NCBI GenBank assembly: GCA_018816735.1
Contig: JAHIVH010000016.1
Span: 9 to 64,008 of the forward strand
Length of the DNA: 64,000 bases
Source of the DNA: Pseudomonadota bacterium
Lineage (GTDB): Bacteria; Desulfobacterota; Desulfobacteria; Desulfobacterales; JAHIVH01
Direction: 5' to 3'
Numbering within the stretch: the first letter of the stretch is position 1; the number at the start of each line of letters is the position of its first letter. Of this stretch, positions 21,049-31,857 are shown piece after piece. The notes under the pieces were generated by a model. That model saw nothing but the letters and a program-made list of their open reading frames with translations, was not told the DNA's origin and searched no databases. A program made the translations under genes and the position numbers.

Positions 21049-22860
21049 TCACAGTTTACCGTAAATGTCCATGAACCGTTCCACAAGATTGTTAAAATGG
21101 GTGATGGCATTTTCAACAGGCTCAGGCGTCCTCATATCGACACCTGCAGAAAGAAGCTCATCTATGGGGAATCGACTTCCCCCCAGTTTAAGGAAGTCTA
21201 AATAGGCTTGTGTGGCTTTCTCCCCAATGTGGATAATTTTATTGGCCAGTGAAATGGCCGCAGAAATGCCTGTGGCATATTTATACACATAAAATGCAGA
21301 ATAAAAATGCGGAATTCTCAGGCATTCAAGCTCAAGATCATCATCGATGATCAGTGACTTTCCAAAATAGGTTTCAAGAAGTTTCCGGTATTCTCCCGTC
21401 AAGGTAGAAAGTGTCAGCGGCTGGTTTTTTTCTGCGCAATTATGCGTGAACACCTCAAATTCGGCGAACATCGTCTGGCGGTAAAGTGTTGCCCGGATAT
21501 TGTCGATTTCCCTGTTCAGAATATAACTCTGCATTTCAGGGCTTTCTCTGTACAGCTCAAGCAGGTAATGGCTCAAAAGCGTTTCATTCAGCGTTGATGC
21601 CACTTCTGCCACAAAAATTGTATATTCATGGTCGTGGTAAGGCTGGGCTTGAATGGCATAATAGGAGTGCATGGAGTGCCCTGCCTCATGGATCAGTGTA
21701 TAAAGGCTGTTCAGATTCCTGGAATCATAATTCATCAGGATATAGGGGGGGGAGTCATAGCATCCTGAGGAATAGGCGCCACTTCTTTTGCCGGAATTTT
21801 CATAGCGGTCCACCCATCTGTTTACAAGGCCCTTTTTTAAAACATCCGTGTAGGTTTGCCCCAGCGGCTTGAGCGCTTTGACGCAGGTATCAACCGCTTC
21901 TTCATAAGGCATGTCGAATTTGACATCACTTGTCAAGGGGACATATGTATCGTAAAAGTGAAGATCATCCAGGTGAAGGGTTTTTTTTCTGAAATCAAGG
22001 TAGGTAAGGAGCGGTGTCAGATTGTTTTTAACGGTTTTTGTCAGATGATCGTAAACCGTTTCCGGGATATTTTCGTTAAACAGGGATGCGTGCCTGCATG
22101 ACTTGAATTTCCTGGCCTGGGTATAGAAGAGATCTTTTTTGACGGACGCGGATAGTGTCGTAGAGAGTGTATGCTGATGGTCACGGTAAGCTTTGTAATA
22201 CTGGAAAAATGCCTTTTCCCGGATGTCTCTTTTGGGGTTCATCAAAAATGTCGTGAAGTTGCCATGGCTGAGCTCTGTTTCCCGGTCATTCTCATCCCGG
22301 ATCATGCCGAACGTCATGTCGGAGTTGTCCAGTTGACCGAAAACTTCCGAGGACGTGTGGGCAAGGTCGGCACTCATGGCAAGAATTTTTTCTGTTTCCT
22401 TGCTGAGTGTATGCGGTTTGTTCCTCAGTATTTTTTCAAGATAAAACGTATAGTCATGAAGGGCAGGGTCCTTGATAAATCCTTTCATCACGTCATCCGG
22501 GATCGATTGAATTTCAGGGATCATGAAGCTTGCGGCTTCTGAAATCCGGGTATAAAGTGTCATGGCTTTCTGGTAAAAGCCAAGATACAGCTGGTTTTTT
22601 TTGTCTTCGTCGGTTTTCAAATGGGCATAGGTATAGATGCGGTCCAATTCTCTTGAAACTGACATATCGAACAGAATCGCTTCCTTCAGTTGATTTGCAG
22701 ACTCTCCCAGCTTGCCGGCAAATTTTTCAAAGGTGGAAATGGTGGTTTCAAGAGCGTCATACGCTTTTTCCCATTCAGGATCAGAAGGAAAGAGTGTTGT
22801 CAGATCCCATGTGTCTTTTTCCAGTATAGCGTCTCTTTTCGGTATGGATGTCTGTGTCAT
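21049..22860 (-). CDS. pepF: Oligoendopeptidase F (M3B)
   Basis: GKRSGAYS, HEAGHSMH, FVAEVAST, RIPHFY. Confidence 0.95.
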   Translation of the reverse strand: MTQTSIPKRDAILEKDTWDLTTLFPSDPEWEKAYDALETTISTFEKFAGKLGESANQLKEAILFDMSVSRELDRIYTYAHLKTDEDKKNQLYLGFYQKAMTLYTRISEAASFMIPEIQSIPDDVMKGFIKDPALHDYTFYLEKILRNKPHTLSKETEKILAMSADLAHTSSEVFGQLDNSDMTFGMIRDENDRETELSHGNFTTFLMNPKRDIREKAFFQYYKAYRDHQHTLSTTLSASVKKDLFYTQARKFKSCRHASLFNENIPETVYDHLTKTVKNNLTPLLTYLDFRKKTLHLDDLHFYDTYVPLTSDVKFDMPYEEAVDTCVKALKPLGQTYTDVLKKGLVNRWVDRYENSGKRSGAYSSGCYDSPPYILMNYDSRNLNSLYTLIHEAGHSMHSYYAIQAQPYHDHEYTIFVAEVASTLNETLLSHYLLELYRESPEMQSYILNREIDNIRATLYRQTMFAEFEVFTHNCAEKNQPLTLSTLTGEYRKLLETYFGKSLIIDDDLELECLRIPHFYSAFYVYKYATGISAAISLANKIIHIGEKATQAYLDFLKLGGSRFPIDELLSAGVDMRTPEPVENAITHFNNLVERFMDIYGKL

Positions 22861-22881
22861 GATAAAATCCTTTTTTCTGAT

Positions 22882-23688
22882 TTAAACATATCCTTTTCGG
22901 GTCGCATTCTTAAACAAACGGGTCTGCTTTCCCAGAAGCTCAGGCAAATCATCGTCCTCAAGATGATTTTCTATCAATCGTTCAAAGGCGCTTCCAATAA
23001 CGATGCCATCTGCCATTTTTGAAATGGCGCGGACATCCTCAGGTGTGGAAATGCCAAATCCCACACAAATGGGAAGATGGGTGACGGATCGGAGCGTCTT
23101 GACATAAGATTCGATGGCTGAGGTATCCAGGCCGTCACTGCCCGTCACCCCTGTTTTGGAAACCATATATAAAAAACCGGATGCGGAATCTGAAATGGTT
23201 TTCATGCGTTCAACCGGCGTGGTCGGGGCAATGAGCCGTATGAGAGACAGTTCGTTACCTTCCCATACGCCTGTCATTTCATCTGACTCCTCAGGCGGCA
23301 GATCGACGATAAGGACGCCATCCGCACCTTTTTCAAGGGCAAACGTGTAAAACTGTCTGGCACCGAACGCAAATACAGGGTTGTAGTAGCTGAAGAGAAT
23401 GATCGGAATATCGGAATATTCACGGATTCGCCGGGTCATCTCAAGCACGGTTTCAAGGGTGATTCCTTTTTCAAGAGCTCTTGCGGAAGATCTTTGGATC
23501 ACCGGCCCGTCAGCAGTCGGATCGGAAAAGGGGACTCCCAGTTCAAGAATGTCCAGGCCCGCCTCACACATGTTTCGGATAATTTCAAGAGATGTCTCCA
23601 TATCCGGGTCACCTGCAGAGACAAATCCCACAAGCGCTTTTTCTCCTTTTTCCGCCAAACGGTCGAAGGTTTTTTTTAATCTGTCCAT
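22882..23688 (-). CDS. trpA: Tryptophan synthase alpha
   Basis: ELGVPFSDPTADGPVIQ, VGFGIS. Confidence 0.97.
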   Translation of the reverse strand: MDRLKKTFDRLAEKGEKALVGFVSAGDPDMETSLEIIRNMCEAGLDILELGVPFSDPTADGPVIQRSSARALEKGITLETVLEMTRRIREYSDIPIILFSYYNPVFAFGARQFYTFALEKGADGVLIVDLPPEESDEMTGVWEGNELSLIRLIAPTTPVERMKTISDSASGFLYMVSKTGVTGSDGLDTSAIESYVKTLRSVTHLPICVGFGISTPEDVRAISKMADGIVIGSAFERLIENHLEDDDLPELLGKQTRLFKNATRKGYV

Positions 23689-23767
23689 AAACTTACTCCT
23701 TCAATATATTAACCGGTGCACGGTTATCATTACTCATTTCATATCTATCTGGAAAAAGGCCGGCCAT

Positions 23768-24967
23768 CTATTTTTTCGAATCGAAAATGGAAAAAACCGT
23801 TCCCAGATCCTTGTCTCCGCGTCCTGAAAGATTGACGATGATGACATCTTCAGATGACCTCTCCTTGGCTGTTGAAACCGCACAGGCAATAGCATGAGAG
23901 CTTTCCAGAGCCGGGATAATGCCTTCCAGTGTACAAAGAATCCTGAATCCTTCCAATGCTTCCTTGTCGGTTATCGACACATATGTGGCGCGTTTGATGT
24001 CTTTTAACAGCGCGTGTTCCGGTCCCACCCCCGGATAATCCAGGCCTGCGGATATGGAGTGCGCTTCCATGATCTGGCCGAATTTATCCTGAAGCACATA
24101 GGATTTTGATCCATGCAGCACCCCAATGCTTCCCATGCCCAACGTTGCCGCATGCTTGTCCGTGTCTATGCCTAACCCGGCTGCTTCTACACCGATCATT
24201 TCAACGTCGTCATCGATAAACGGATAAAAAAGCCCCATGGCATTGCTGCCGCCACCAACACAGGCAATCAACGTGGTGGGAAGTTTTCCGGTTATTTCAA
24301 GAATCTGGTCTCTGGCTTCGATGCCGATAATTTTCTGAAAGTCTCTCACCATCACCGGATACGGATGCGGACCGGCCACAGACCCGATGATATAAAACGT
24401 GTCTTCAACCGCGCCTACCCAATACCTCATGGCTTCGTTCATGGCATCCTTGAGCGTGCCGGTTCCTGAATCGACCGGAACGACCGTGGCGCCCAACAAT
24501 TCCATGCGTTTCACATTGGGGGCCTGTCTTTTGATATCTTCAACGCCCATGAAGATTTTGCATGCCATGCCGAAAAGGGCGGCTGTGGTGGCTGTTGCCA
24601 CGCCGTGCTGGCCTGCGCCGGTTTCGGCAATCAGTTTTTTCTTCCCCATATACCGGGCAAGAAGGGCTTGACCCAATGTGTTGTTTATTTTATGCGCGCC
24701 GGTGTGTGCCAGATCTTCCCGTTTCAGATAAATGGCTGCTCCCTTTAGATGGTCGCTCAGCCTTTTGGCATGATAGAGCGGGGTGGGGCGCCCCACATAC
24801 CGGGAGAGAAGGGTTCCCAGCTCGGAAATGAAGGCCGGTTCTTTTGCATAGGTGTGATAGGCTTCCTCAAGTTCGAGAATGGCAGGCATGAGTGTTTCTC
24901 CCACATATCTGCCGCCATAGGGGCCAAAGTGGCCTTTTAAATCCGGGTATGCGTGTTCTGTGGACAT
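23768..24967 (-). CDS. trpB: Tryptophan synthase beta
   Basis: [28 protein letters not shown]. Confidence 0.98.
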   Translation of the reverse strand: MSTEHAYPDLKGHFGPYGGRYVGETLMPAILELEEAYHTYAKEPAFISELGTLLSRYVGRPTPLYHAKRLSDHLKGAAIYLKREDLAHTGAHKINNTLGQALLARYMGKKKLIAETGAGQHGVATATTAALFGMACKIFMGVEDIKRQAPNVKRMELLGATVVPVDSGTGTLKDAMNEAMRYWVGAVEDTFYIIGSVAGPHPYPVMVRDFQKIIGIEARDQILEITGKLPTTLIACVGGGSNAMGLFYPFIDDDVEMIGVEAAGLGIDTDKHAATLGMGSIGVLHGSKSYVLQDKFGQIMEAHSISAGLDYPGVGPEHALLKDIKRATYVSITDKEALEGFRILCTLEGIIPALESSHAIACAVSTAKERSSEDVIIVNLSGRGDKDLGTVFSIFDSKK

Positions 24968-25653
24968 TAAAAAATTCTCCTTACTATTTTTCTGTCATTT
25001 GAATCTTCATGGGAAGATTGAAATACCTGTTCGATAAATGACTTTACTTTTGACATATCCTTCCTTCCTGGGCTCGATTCCACACCGGAGCTGATATCAA
25101 CGGCATCGGGACTGGCTTCTGAAATGGCCGTTCTAACGGTTTCATGGGTCAGGCCGCCGGCCAGAATGAACGGATGCAACTTGCCAAAGTCCTTGGCCCT
25201 TCCCCAGTTCCATGACAGGGCGTTTCCACCCGGAAGAATTCCTTTTTTACATTCAACAAGGTAGGCGGAAGCGTTGTAGGTATCGGCATCGGTCAGGAAC
25301 GGTTCATTCTCCATATAAAGGCATTTGATGATGGTCAGTTTCGTGTCCATGAGCCGGTTCACCAGGTCAGGGGGTTCTGTGCCGTGCAGCTGGACAGCGG
25401 AAAGTCCGCAGAAGTTCACATGATCCATGATGAAATCAAAGGTTTCATTCACAAAAACCCCTACTGTCGACACATGGCCGGGAAGATTTTCGACAATTTC
25501 TCTGGCCTGCTCCCGGTCAAGATTCCGGGGACTTTTTTTGAAAAAAACCAATCCAATAGCATCTGCACCCAGCTCGGCACACTTTCTTGCCTCGTCAGTT
25601 CGGGTCAGGCCGCAGATTTTGATCTGGGGGCGATGGAGATGGTCTTCGTTCAT
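24967..25653 (-). CDS. trpF: Phosphoribosylanthranilate isomerase
   Basis: KICGLT, VQLHG, LAGGL, DISSGVE. Confidence 0.95.
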   Translation of the reverse strand: MNEDHLHRPQIKICGLTRTDEARKCAELGADAIGLVFFKKSPRNLDREQAREIVENLPGHVSTVGVFVNETFDFIMDHVNFCGLSAVQLHGTEPPDLVNRLMDTKLTIIKCLYMENEPFLTDADTYNASAYLVECKKGILPGGNALSWNWGRAKDFGKLHPFILAGGLTHETVRTAISEASPDAVDISSGVESSPGRKDMSKVKSFIEQVFQSSHEDSNDRKIVRRIF

Positions 25654-26453
25654 GGTTCTTCACCTCTCAACTGTTTTAAAAAGGCTGCCGTGTCTTTGGC
25701 TCTCACAAGACTTTCCCCGATCAGAAAATTGTAGATGCCCGCTTTTTGACTGGCAGTGATGTCTGATTTCATGGATATGCCGCTTGCCGCCACAGCAATC
25801 TGTTCTGTTGACAACATGGACGAGAACCGCATGGCTGTATGGATGTCTGTATCAAAGGAACTCAAGTTTCTGTTGTTGATGCCGATCAGTTTTGCATGGG
25901 CGTCATTTGCCTTTTCAAGATCGTCTTCCGAGTGGATCTCAACCAGGGCATCCATGGAAAGCTCGGAAGAAAGTGCCAGGTATTCTTTTAACTGTTCCTT
26001 TTCAAGAATACGCGCAATGAGGAGAATCGCATCTGCGCCCAGCACCCGCGACTCATAAACCTGATATTCGTCGACCAGAAAATCTTTTCTGAGCATGGGA
26101 AGCGTTGACGCTTTCCTGGCCATCAGAAAGTCGTTGAAACTGCCTTTGAAGAATTTTTCATCTGTGAGAACGGAAAGGGCAGAGGCCCCGCCTTTTTCGT
26201 ATTCACGGGCAAGTGAGGAGGGGTCAAGTTCAGGATGAATATCTCCCTTGGAAGGAGACGCTCTTTTGATCTCTGCGATGATATTGACCGTACTGGCTCC
26301 GTAAAATCGTTTCAGATTTTCAAGAAACGGTCTTTTCCCCTCGATGGCATACGCATTCCGTCTCAATTCCCCTTCAGGCATTTTCTTTTTGGAAGCGGCA
26401 ACCTCTTCGTGCTTGTTTGAGACAATAATTTTTAAAAAGTCTTTTCCCATCAC
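25650..26453 (-). CDS. trpC: Indole-3-glycerol phosphate synthase
   Basis: IAEIKRASPSKG, LRKDF, GINNRNL. Confidence 0.97.
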   Translation of the reverse strand: MMGKDFLKIIVSNKHEEVAASKKKMPEGELRRNAYAIEGKRPFLENLKRFYGASTVNIIAEIKRASPSKGDIHPELDPSSLAREYEKGGASALSVLTDEKFFKGSFNDFLMARKASTLPMLRKDFLVDEYQVYESRVLGADAILLIARILEKEQLKEYLALSSELSMDALVEIHSEDDLEKANDAHAKLIGINNRNLSSFDTDIHTAMRFSSMLSTEQIAVAASGISMKSDITASQKAGIYNFLIGESLVRAKDTAAFLKQLRGEEP

Positions 26454-27475
26454 TACCCGTTTTCCTGTGTAAACTGAATCAGTTTATCGAGTTTATCCAT
26501 TGCCGACCCGGAGTCTATCGCATTTTCAGCAAGGGTTATCCCATCCTTGAAGTTCTTGGCTTTTCCGGCAGCGACCAGGGCTGCGGATGCGTTGATCAGG
26601 ATGACATTTCTTTTGGGACCTTTTTCACCCTTCAAGACGGCTTTGGTGATCGCCACGTTTTTTTCAACCGCTCCTCCGAGAAGATCTGTTGCATCTGCCC
26701 GTTCACCAAAATAATCTTCCGGATTCAGATCAAATGTGGTGATTTTGCCCTCGTTCAGTTCCGAAATCCTTGTGGGTGCGCAGATGGAAATTTCATCAAG
26801 ACCGTCATGGCCATGCACGACAAATGCGCGCCTGGCTCCCAGAAGGTTCAGTGCCTGGGTGAACATTTCCGTCAGTTCAGGGGCATATACGCCTAAAAGC
26901 TGGCAGTTTGCAGCCGCAGGATTGGTCAACGGCCCCAGCATGTTAAAAATACTTCTGATGCCCACTTCCTTCCTGGCATTGATGGCATATTTCATGGCCC
27001 CGTGGTATTTGGGGGCAAAAAGAAAACCGATACCGATTTCTCCAATGGCTTCCTCCACAATTTCAGGCGGGGTATCAAGCTTGATGCCTAAGGCTTCCAG
27101 AACATCGGCACTGCCGCATTTGCTGGATACACTTCGGTTGCCATGTTTGGCCACCGTCACATCACAGCCTGCAACCACAAAGGCGGTCGTGGTTGAAATG
27201 TTGAATGTGTTTGCACCATCCCCTCCGGTTCCGCAGGTGTCTACCACAGTGCCCGAAGCGGTTTGAATACGGACGGCTTTTTTCCTCATGGCCTTGGCTG
27301 CACCCGCAAGCTCTTCAAAGGTTTCCCCTTTTGTGGCAAGGGCCGCCATCATTGCGCCGATCTGCGCATCGGTCGTGTTTCCTGAAAAGATGTCGTTAAT
27401 CATGGCGGCCATCTCCTGTTCAGTGAGATTGATGCCTTTAATAATTTTGTTCAGATTTTCACGGAACATGATCAA
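26453..27475 (-). CDS. trpD: Anthranilate phosphoribosyltransferase
   Basis: DTCGTGGD, NISTT, KHGNRSVSS. Confidence 0.97.
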   Translation of the reverse strand: MIMFRENLNKIIKGINLTEQEMAAMINDIFSGNTTDAQIGAMMAALATKGETFEELAGAAKAMRKKAVRIQTASGTVVDTCGTGGDGANTFNISTTTAFVVAGCDVTVAKHGNRSVSSKCGSADVLEALGIKLDTPPEIVEEAIGEIGIGFLFAPKYHGAMKYAINARKEVGIRSIFNMLGPLTNPAAANCQLLGVYAPELTEMFTQALNLLGARRAFVVHGHDGLDEISICAPTRISELNEGKITTFDLNPEDYFGERADATDLLGGAVEKNVAITKAVLKGEKGPKRNVILINASAALVAAGKAKNFKDGITLAENAIDSGSAMDKLDKLIQFTQENG

Positions 27476-27529
27476 TTTTCCTTATTCATAAACAGTTAGT
27501 AAGTCATTTTAAGAATGCATGCATTCGTT

Positions 27530-28105
27530 CTAAATCGCCCCTGCCGTATTTAAAAAATTTCTCAACAGTCTTTTACCCACCGGTGTCATGATCGATTCAG
27601 GATGGAACTGAATACCTTCTATTTCAAAGGTTTTATGACGAAGGCCCATGATTTCGCCATCTTCTGTTTCTGACGTGATTTCAAGACAGTCCGGAAAACC
27701 TTCCCGTGAGACGGCAAGGGAATGATACCGCATGGCCTGAAACGGCTTTGTAATTCCTTTATAGAGGTGCCGGCCGTTTGCATGGACCATGGATGTTTTC
27801 CCATGCATCAGTTTTTTTGCCGGAACCACTTGGCCGCCAAATGCCTGCGCAATGCTCTGGTGTCCCAGGCAGACACCCAGGATCGGTTTTACGCCTGAGA
27901 ATTGACGGATCACGTCAAGGGTCAATCCTGCATCTTCTGGCCGGCCCGGTCCCGGAGAAATGACGAGCCCCTTTGGGTCCATTTCCTTCATCTCATCCAT
28001 CGTAAACTGATCGTTTCTGAACACCTTAACGGTTGCCCCCAGCATTTCCATATACTGGAAAAGATTATAAGTAAAAGAATCATAATTGTCTATCATTACA
28101 ATCAT
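27530..28105 (-). CDS. trpG: Anthranilate synthase component II
   Basis: IDNYDSFTYN, GVCLGHQ, QFHPES. Confidence 0.96.
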   Translation of the reverse strand: MIVMIDNYDSFTYNLFQYMEMLGATVKVFRNDQFTMDEMKEMDPKGLVISPGPGRPEDAGLTLDVIRQFSGVKPILGVCLGHQSIAQAFGGQVVPAKKLMHGKTSMVHANGRHLYKGITKPFQAMRYHSLAVSREGFPDCLEITSETEDGEIMGLRHKTFEIEGIQFHPESIMTPVGKRLLRNFLNTAGAI

Positions 28106-28107
28106 GG

Positions 28108-29604
28108 CTATTCCTCCAGATTTATAGTTTTACGCTTTAACAGATGCAAGGCTTTTTCAATGGCTTTTGCCTTGTTTACGGTTTCAATCCGTTCTTTTTC
28201 AGGATCAGAGTCTGCGACAATTCCCGCACCCGCCCGTACGGTCAGTTTCCCCTTTTCCACGATAGCCGTTCTGATGGTAATGGCCAGATCCATGTTCCCG
28301 CTGAAAGACACATACCCCACAGCCCCGCCATAAGGCCCTCTGGGTTCATTTTCCAGTTCGGCGATGATTTCCATGGCCCTTACCTTGGGTGCACCGGACA
28401 GGGTTCCTGCAGGGAAGGTGGCCCGGATCAGATCCCAGGCATCCTTATCCGGTTTGATGTCACAATTGATGTTTGAAACCAGATGCATGACATGGGAATA
28501 TCTTTCAACGATCATGAGATCGGTTACCTGAACCGTACCGGTTTCTGCGATTCTTCCCAGATCGTTTCTTCCCAGGTCTACAAGCATCAGATGTTCGGCT
28601 TTTTCCTTTTCATCGGATAAAAGTTCATCCGCCAGTTCGCGGTCTTCCTTCTCCGATTTTCCCCTGGCGCGCGTCCCTGCAATCGGGCGCAGGGTGGCGA
28701 TATCGTTTTCAAGCCGAACCATGACCTCAGGAGACGACCCCACAAGTGCTGTGTCTCCATAATCCATGAAAAACAGATAGGGTGACGGATTGATATAGCG
28801 CTTTGCCCTGTAAAGTTCGATAAGGTCAGTGGGTGCGTCGCAGACAAATGGCTGTGAGATGACAGACTGAATGATATCTCCTGCAAGAATATATTCTTTT
28901 GTCCGGATGACTTTTTGCCGGTAGTCCTCATCGTCATATACCGCCAGGGGGGACAGATGAAAGTCTAATGTCCTCTCGTCCCGGGGAGAAACAGCCATCT
29001 CCATTCGTTTCAGCATGCCTTTAATCCGGTGGGACGCGTCATTGTATCTCTTGCCTGGATCGTCTCCGTCTTCGGAAAAAGTCACCACCACACAAAGGAG
29101 CGTGTTTCTGACATTATCAAAAATGATCAGTTCATCCGGTATGATGAAATGGGCGATAGGGTTTCCTTCCGGAAGACGGTTCGGGATTTTTTCAAAAAAT
29201 GACACCATTTCATAGGTCATGTAGCCCACCAGCCCTCCCCAGAATCTGGGGAGTTCATTGATTTGTGCGGGTTTAAAACGATTCATGAAGGTTCTCAGAA
29301 CAGCCAGTGGATCTCCGTTGTGAGGTATTTTTTCACATGATCCGTTCATTTTTATTTCCACATCATTTGAAAAAATGCGGATGTGCGTCCGTGCAGACGT
29401 CCCTATAAAACTGTATCTTCCCCATCGTTCACCACCCTCAACGCTTTCGAAGAGAAAAACCGGGCTTTCCCGGTCATGAAATTTTTTAAGAAGTGACACA
29501 GGCGTTTCCGTATCTGCAAGTATCTCCGCACATACAGGAATGACGTTATGCCTTTCGGCCAGTTCTATGAACTGGTTTATTTCCGGGAAATGATTAAGCA
29601 GCAT
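28108..29604 (-). CDS. trpE: Anthranilate synthase component I
   Basis: FLFESVEGGE, NPSPY, EHLMLVDLGRND, GAPKVRAM. Confidence 0.97.
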   Translation of the reverse strand: MLLNHFPEINQFIELAERHNVIPVCAEILADTETPVSLLKKFHDRESPVFLFESVEGGERWGRYSFIGTSARTHIRIFSNDVEIKMNGSCEKIPHNGDPLAVLRTFMNRFKPAQINELPRFWGGLVGYMTYEMVSFFEKIPNRLPEGNPIAHFIIPDELIIFDNVRNTLLCVVVTFSEDGDDPGKRYNDASHRIKGMLKRMEMAVSPRDERTLDFHLSPLAVYDDEDYRQKVIRTKEYILAGDIIQSVISQPFVCDAPTDLIELYRAKRYINPSPYLFFMDYGDTALVGSSPEVMVRLENDIATLRPIAGTRARGKSEKEDRELADELLSDEKEKAEHLMLVDLGRNDLGRIAETGTVQVTDLMIVERYSHVMHLVSNINCDIKPDKDAWDLIRATFPAGTLSGAPKVRAMEIIAELENEPRGPYGGAVGYVSFSGNMDLAITIRTAIVEKGKLTVRAGAGIVADSDPEKERIETVNKAKAIEKALHLLKRKTINLEE

Positions 29605-29649
29605 AATGACTCCTTGTTAATGATTATTTTTTCCTCGATTCGAATCTCC

Positions 29650-29685
29650 AAAAAAAAAGGATCGCTTTTTTTAACGATCCTTTTT
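29650..29685 (-). terminator. Second terminator-like hairpin in the trp leader
   Basis: AAAAAGGATCG-N10-CGATCC followed by about 9 T on the minus strand. Confidence 0.55.
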
Positions 29686-29692
29686 CTAAAAT

Positions 29693-29781
29693 AAAAAAGA
29701 CCGTGAGCTTGAGGCGCCCACGGTCTTTGTTTTTTGTTTTTCCGGCTTTTTTATGCTGGAGAAAAAACGTGGAGCAGCCTC
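29693..29781 (-). promoter_or_regulatory. trp attenuator (antiterminator/terminator)
   Basis: Terminator AAAGACCGTGGGC-GCCTCAA-GCTCACGGTCTTTTTT. GAGGCTGCTCCACG in the leader can pair with CGTGGGCGCCTC of the terminator 5' arm and loop. Confidence 0.85.
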
Positions 29782-29858
29782 ATATTAATGCGCCACCACC
29801 AGCAGCAATTCAGTACAACGTTGTTTGGGGTTTTAAAGCCGTTTATGTTCATCATCAT
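29751..29858 (-). CDS. trpL: trp operon leader peptide
   Basis: MMMNINGFKTPNNVVLNCCWWWRINMRLLHVFSPA*. Three tandem TGG codons at 29801-29793, AAGGA RBS, TTGACA upstream. Confidence 0.88.
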   Translation of the reverse strand: MMMNINGFKTPNNVVLNCCWWWRINMRLLHVFSPA

Positions 29859-29941
29859 ATCCTTAATTTTTCGAAAACTAAACGTTATTTAGCCATGTTT
29901 GTCAAGTTATTTTTGATAGCATCGTAAAAAGGGACACACCT

Positions 29942-30577
29942 TTATAAATTGCTTATTTCTGCCTGAGTAAGGGGAATACCTTTTTGAAAAATAGCAGACA
30001 GTAGCCTGGCAAGTCTCCGGATATGATTTTTGATATCTTCCTTTTCTCTTCCCGGATAATTCCTGAATGACATAAGCAGACCTGTTATAGACGAAAGAAA
30101 CACATGGGAGAAAAGCCTTAAGTGGCTGGTTGCTCCTGTTTCCCTGATCACCTGGTCTATTCTGTCTATAAAAGCGCGTTGAAGTGCGTTGAATTTTTGC
30201 AGGAGTTCCGGATTCATTTTACCCTTGATCATCAAAAAGCTCATCATCTGGAAGGTTGGCTCGCTTTCAATCAGGTGGTCGGCGATGGCCAGAGAAAAAT
30301 CTTCAATAGACATGGGTTTGCCTTTCATTTTTTTCTCAAGCCAGAATTGAAATACACTCATATCTTTAATAAAGGCCTCTACAAACAGATCTTCTCTGCT
30401 TGTAAAGTAACGGTAAATGGATGCTGCAGACACACCAACTTCAGCAGCAATATCACGCATGCCTATTTCATCAAAAGGCATTTTTTCAAGAAGATTCAAT
30501 GTCGCATAAATAAACAGTTCTCTTCTCGCCTCTCTTTCTTCATCCTTGAGTTTCATGAATTTTGATTTTTCAGGCAT
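29942..30577 (-). CDS. TetR/AcrR family regulator
   Basis: MRDIAAEVGVSAASIYRYF HTH. Confidence 0.92.
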   Translation of the reverse strand: MPEKSKFMKLKDEEREARRELFIYATLNLLEKMPFDEIGMRDIAAEVGVSAASIYRYFTSREDLFVEAFIKDMSVFQFWLEKKMKGKPMSIEDFSLAIADHLIESEPTFQMMSFLMIKGKMNPELLQKFNALQRAFIDRIDQVIRETGATSHLRLFSHVFLSSITGLLMSFRNYPGREKEDIKNHIRRLARLLSAIFQKGIPLTQAEISNL

Positions 30578-30960
30578 TTTAAAATCTCCTTAATTCCGGT
30601 TGTGGCTGTTCAAGTGGAATTTGTTTTCAATGAAACGGTTTACCAGATCGAAAGCGTTGGTCTCAGGACTGATGGAATGTTAAAAAAAACCGGTCTGGTT
30701 ATCCAGAAGACGACCTGATTTAACATCTGAAACAGTAATGTCAGAACAATACCAAAGTTTAGTCATGGTTTCAAGGGAATAGTCACACAGGTATTAATTA
30801 CGCGGTTTGATGTGGTTTCGTTTGACACCAATTTGTTTTTGATTTATGCAATTCAGAAGCGAATTTCAAGTCATCTTCATTATGCTTTAAAAAAACGGTC
30901 AATTTTATCATGGCCATATTCATACAAAACACCTAACCTGGAATCCAATGGAAGGAGGGA

Positions 30961-31791
30961 TTGAAAATGCGTCGAGTGATTTTTAATCAAAAAGGCGGCG
31001 TCGGAAAATCCACGATTACATGTAATCTGGCAGCGATAAGTGCGGCTGAAGGGAAAAAAACGCTTGTAATCGATCTGGACCCGCAAGGCAATTCGACCCA
31101 GTATATATCTGGTGCCGAAGCCATTGATCTGACACCGACGGTGTATAATTTTTTTCAGGATCTTTTGACATTCAGCTTCTATCCGACATCCATTGAGGAC
31201 TGTATTCACCAGACACCTTTTCCCAATCTGGCCATCCTGCCTGCCAATCCGCTTTTAAATGACATTCAGTCAAAGCTCGAGTCCCGGTATAAAATGTATA
31301 AATTAAGGGACGCACTCGATAATCTTCAGGGATATGAAGACGTCTACATCGATACCCCACCTGCGTTGAATTTTTACACGCGCTCCGCACTGATCGCATC
31401 AAGTTCATGCCTGATCCCTTTTGATTGTGATGATTTTTCAAGAAAAGCGCTTTATACGCTGATTGAAAACGTTTACGAAATTCAAAATGATCACAACCCG
31501 GTTCTGGAAATAGAAGGCATTATCGTCAATAATTTTCAACCCAGGGCAAATCTTCCCCGGCAAATTGTGACGGAGCTGATTGATGAAGGCTTACCCGTGA
31601 TAGATGCATTTTTATCTACTTCCGTGAAGATCAGAGAGTCACATGAACAGAAAAAACCGATGATTGTTATGGCACCAAAGCATAAACTGACACTTGAATA
31701 TCAGGAATTATACAGAAAACTTAATAGTACGGGAAAAAATAAAGAACGGAAACAGGGGTTTGACATAGAAGAATTGTTCCTGAATGATTGA
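30961..31791 (+). CDS. ParA/Soj family ATPase (no adjacent parB)
   Basis: NQKGGVGKST, IDLDPQGN, IDTPP. Confidence 0.92.
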   Translation: MKMRRVIFNQKGGVGKSTITCNLAAISAAEGKKTLVIDLDPQGNSTQYISGAEAIDLTPTVYNFFQDLLTFSFYPTSIEDCIHQTPFPNLAILPANPLLNDIQSKLESRYKMYKLRDALDNLQGYEDVYIDTPPALNFYTRSALIASSSCLIPFDCDDFSRKALYTLIENVYEIQNDHNPVLEIEGIIVNNFQPRANLPRQIVTELIDEGLPVIDAFLSTSVKIRESHEQKKPMIVMAPKHKLTLEYQELYRKLNSTGKNKERKQGFDIEELFLND

Positions 31792-31857
31792 CCTGAATGA
31801 ATCGGAATTGACTTTTGCTAATGATATTTGTGAAGGGATCTGAACACAAGCAGACCT

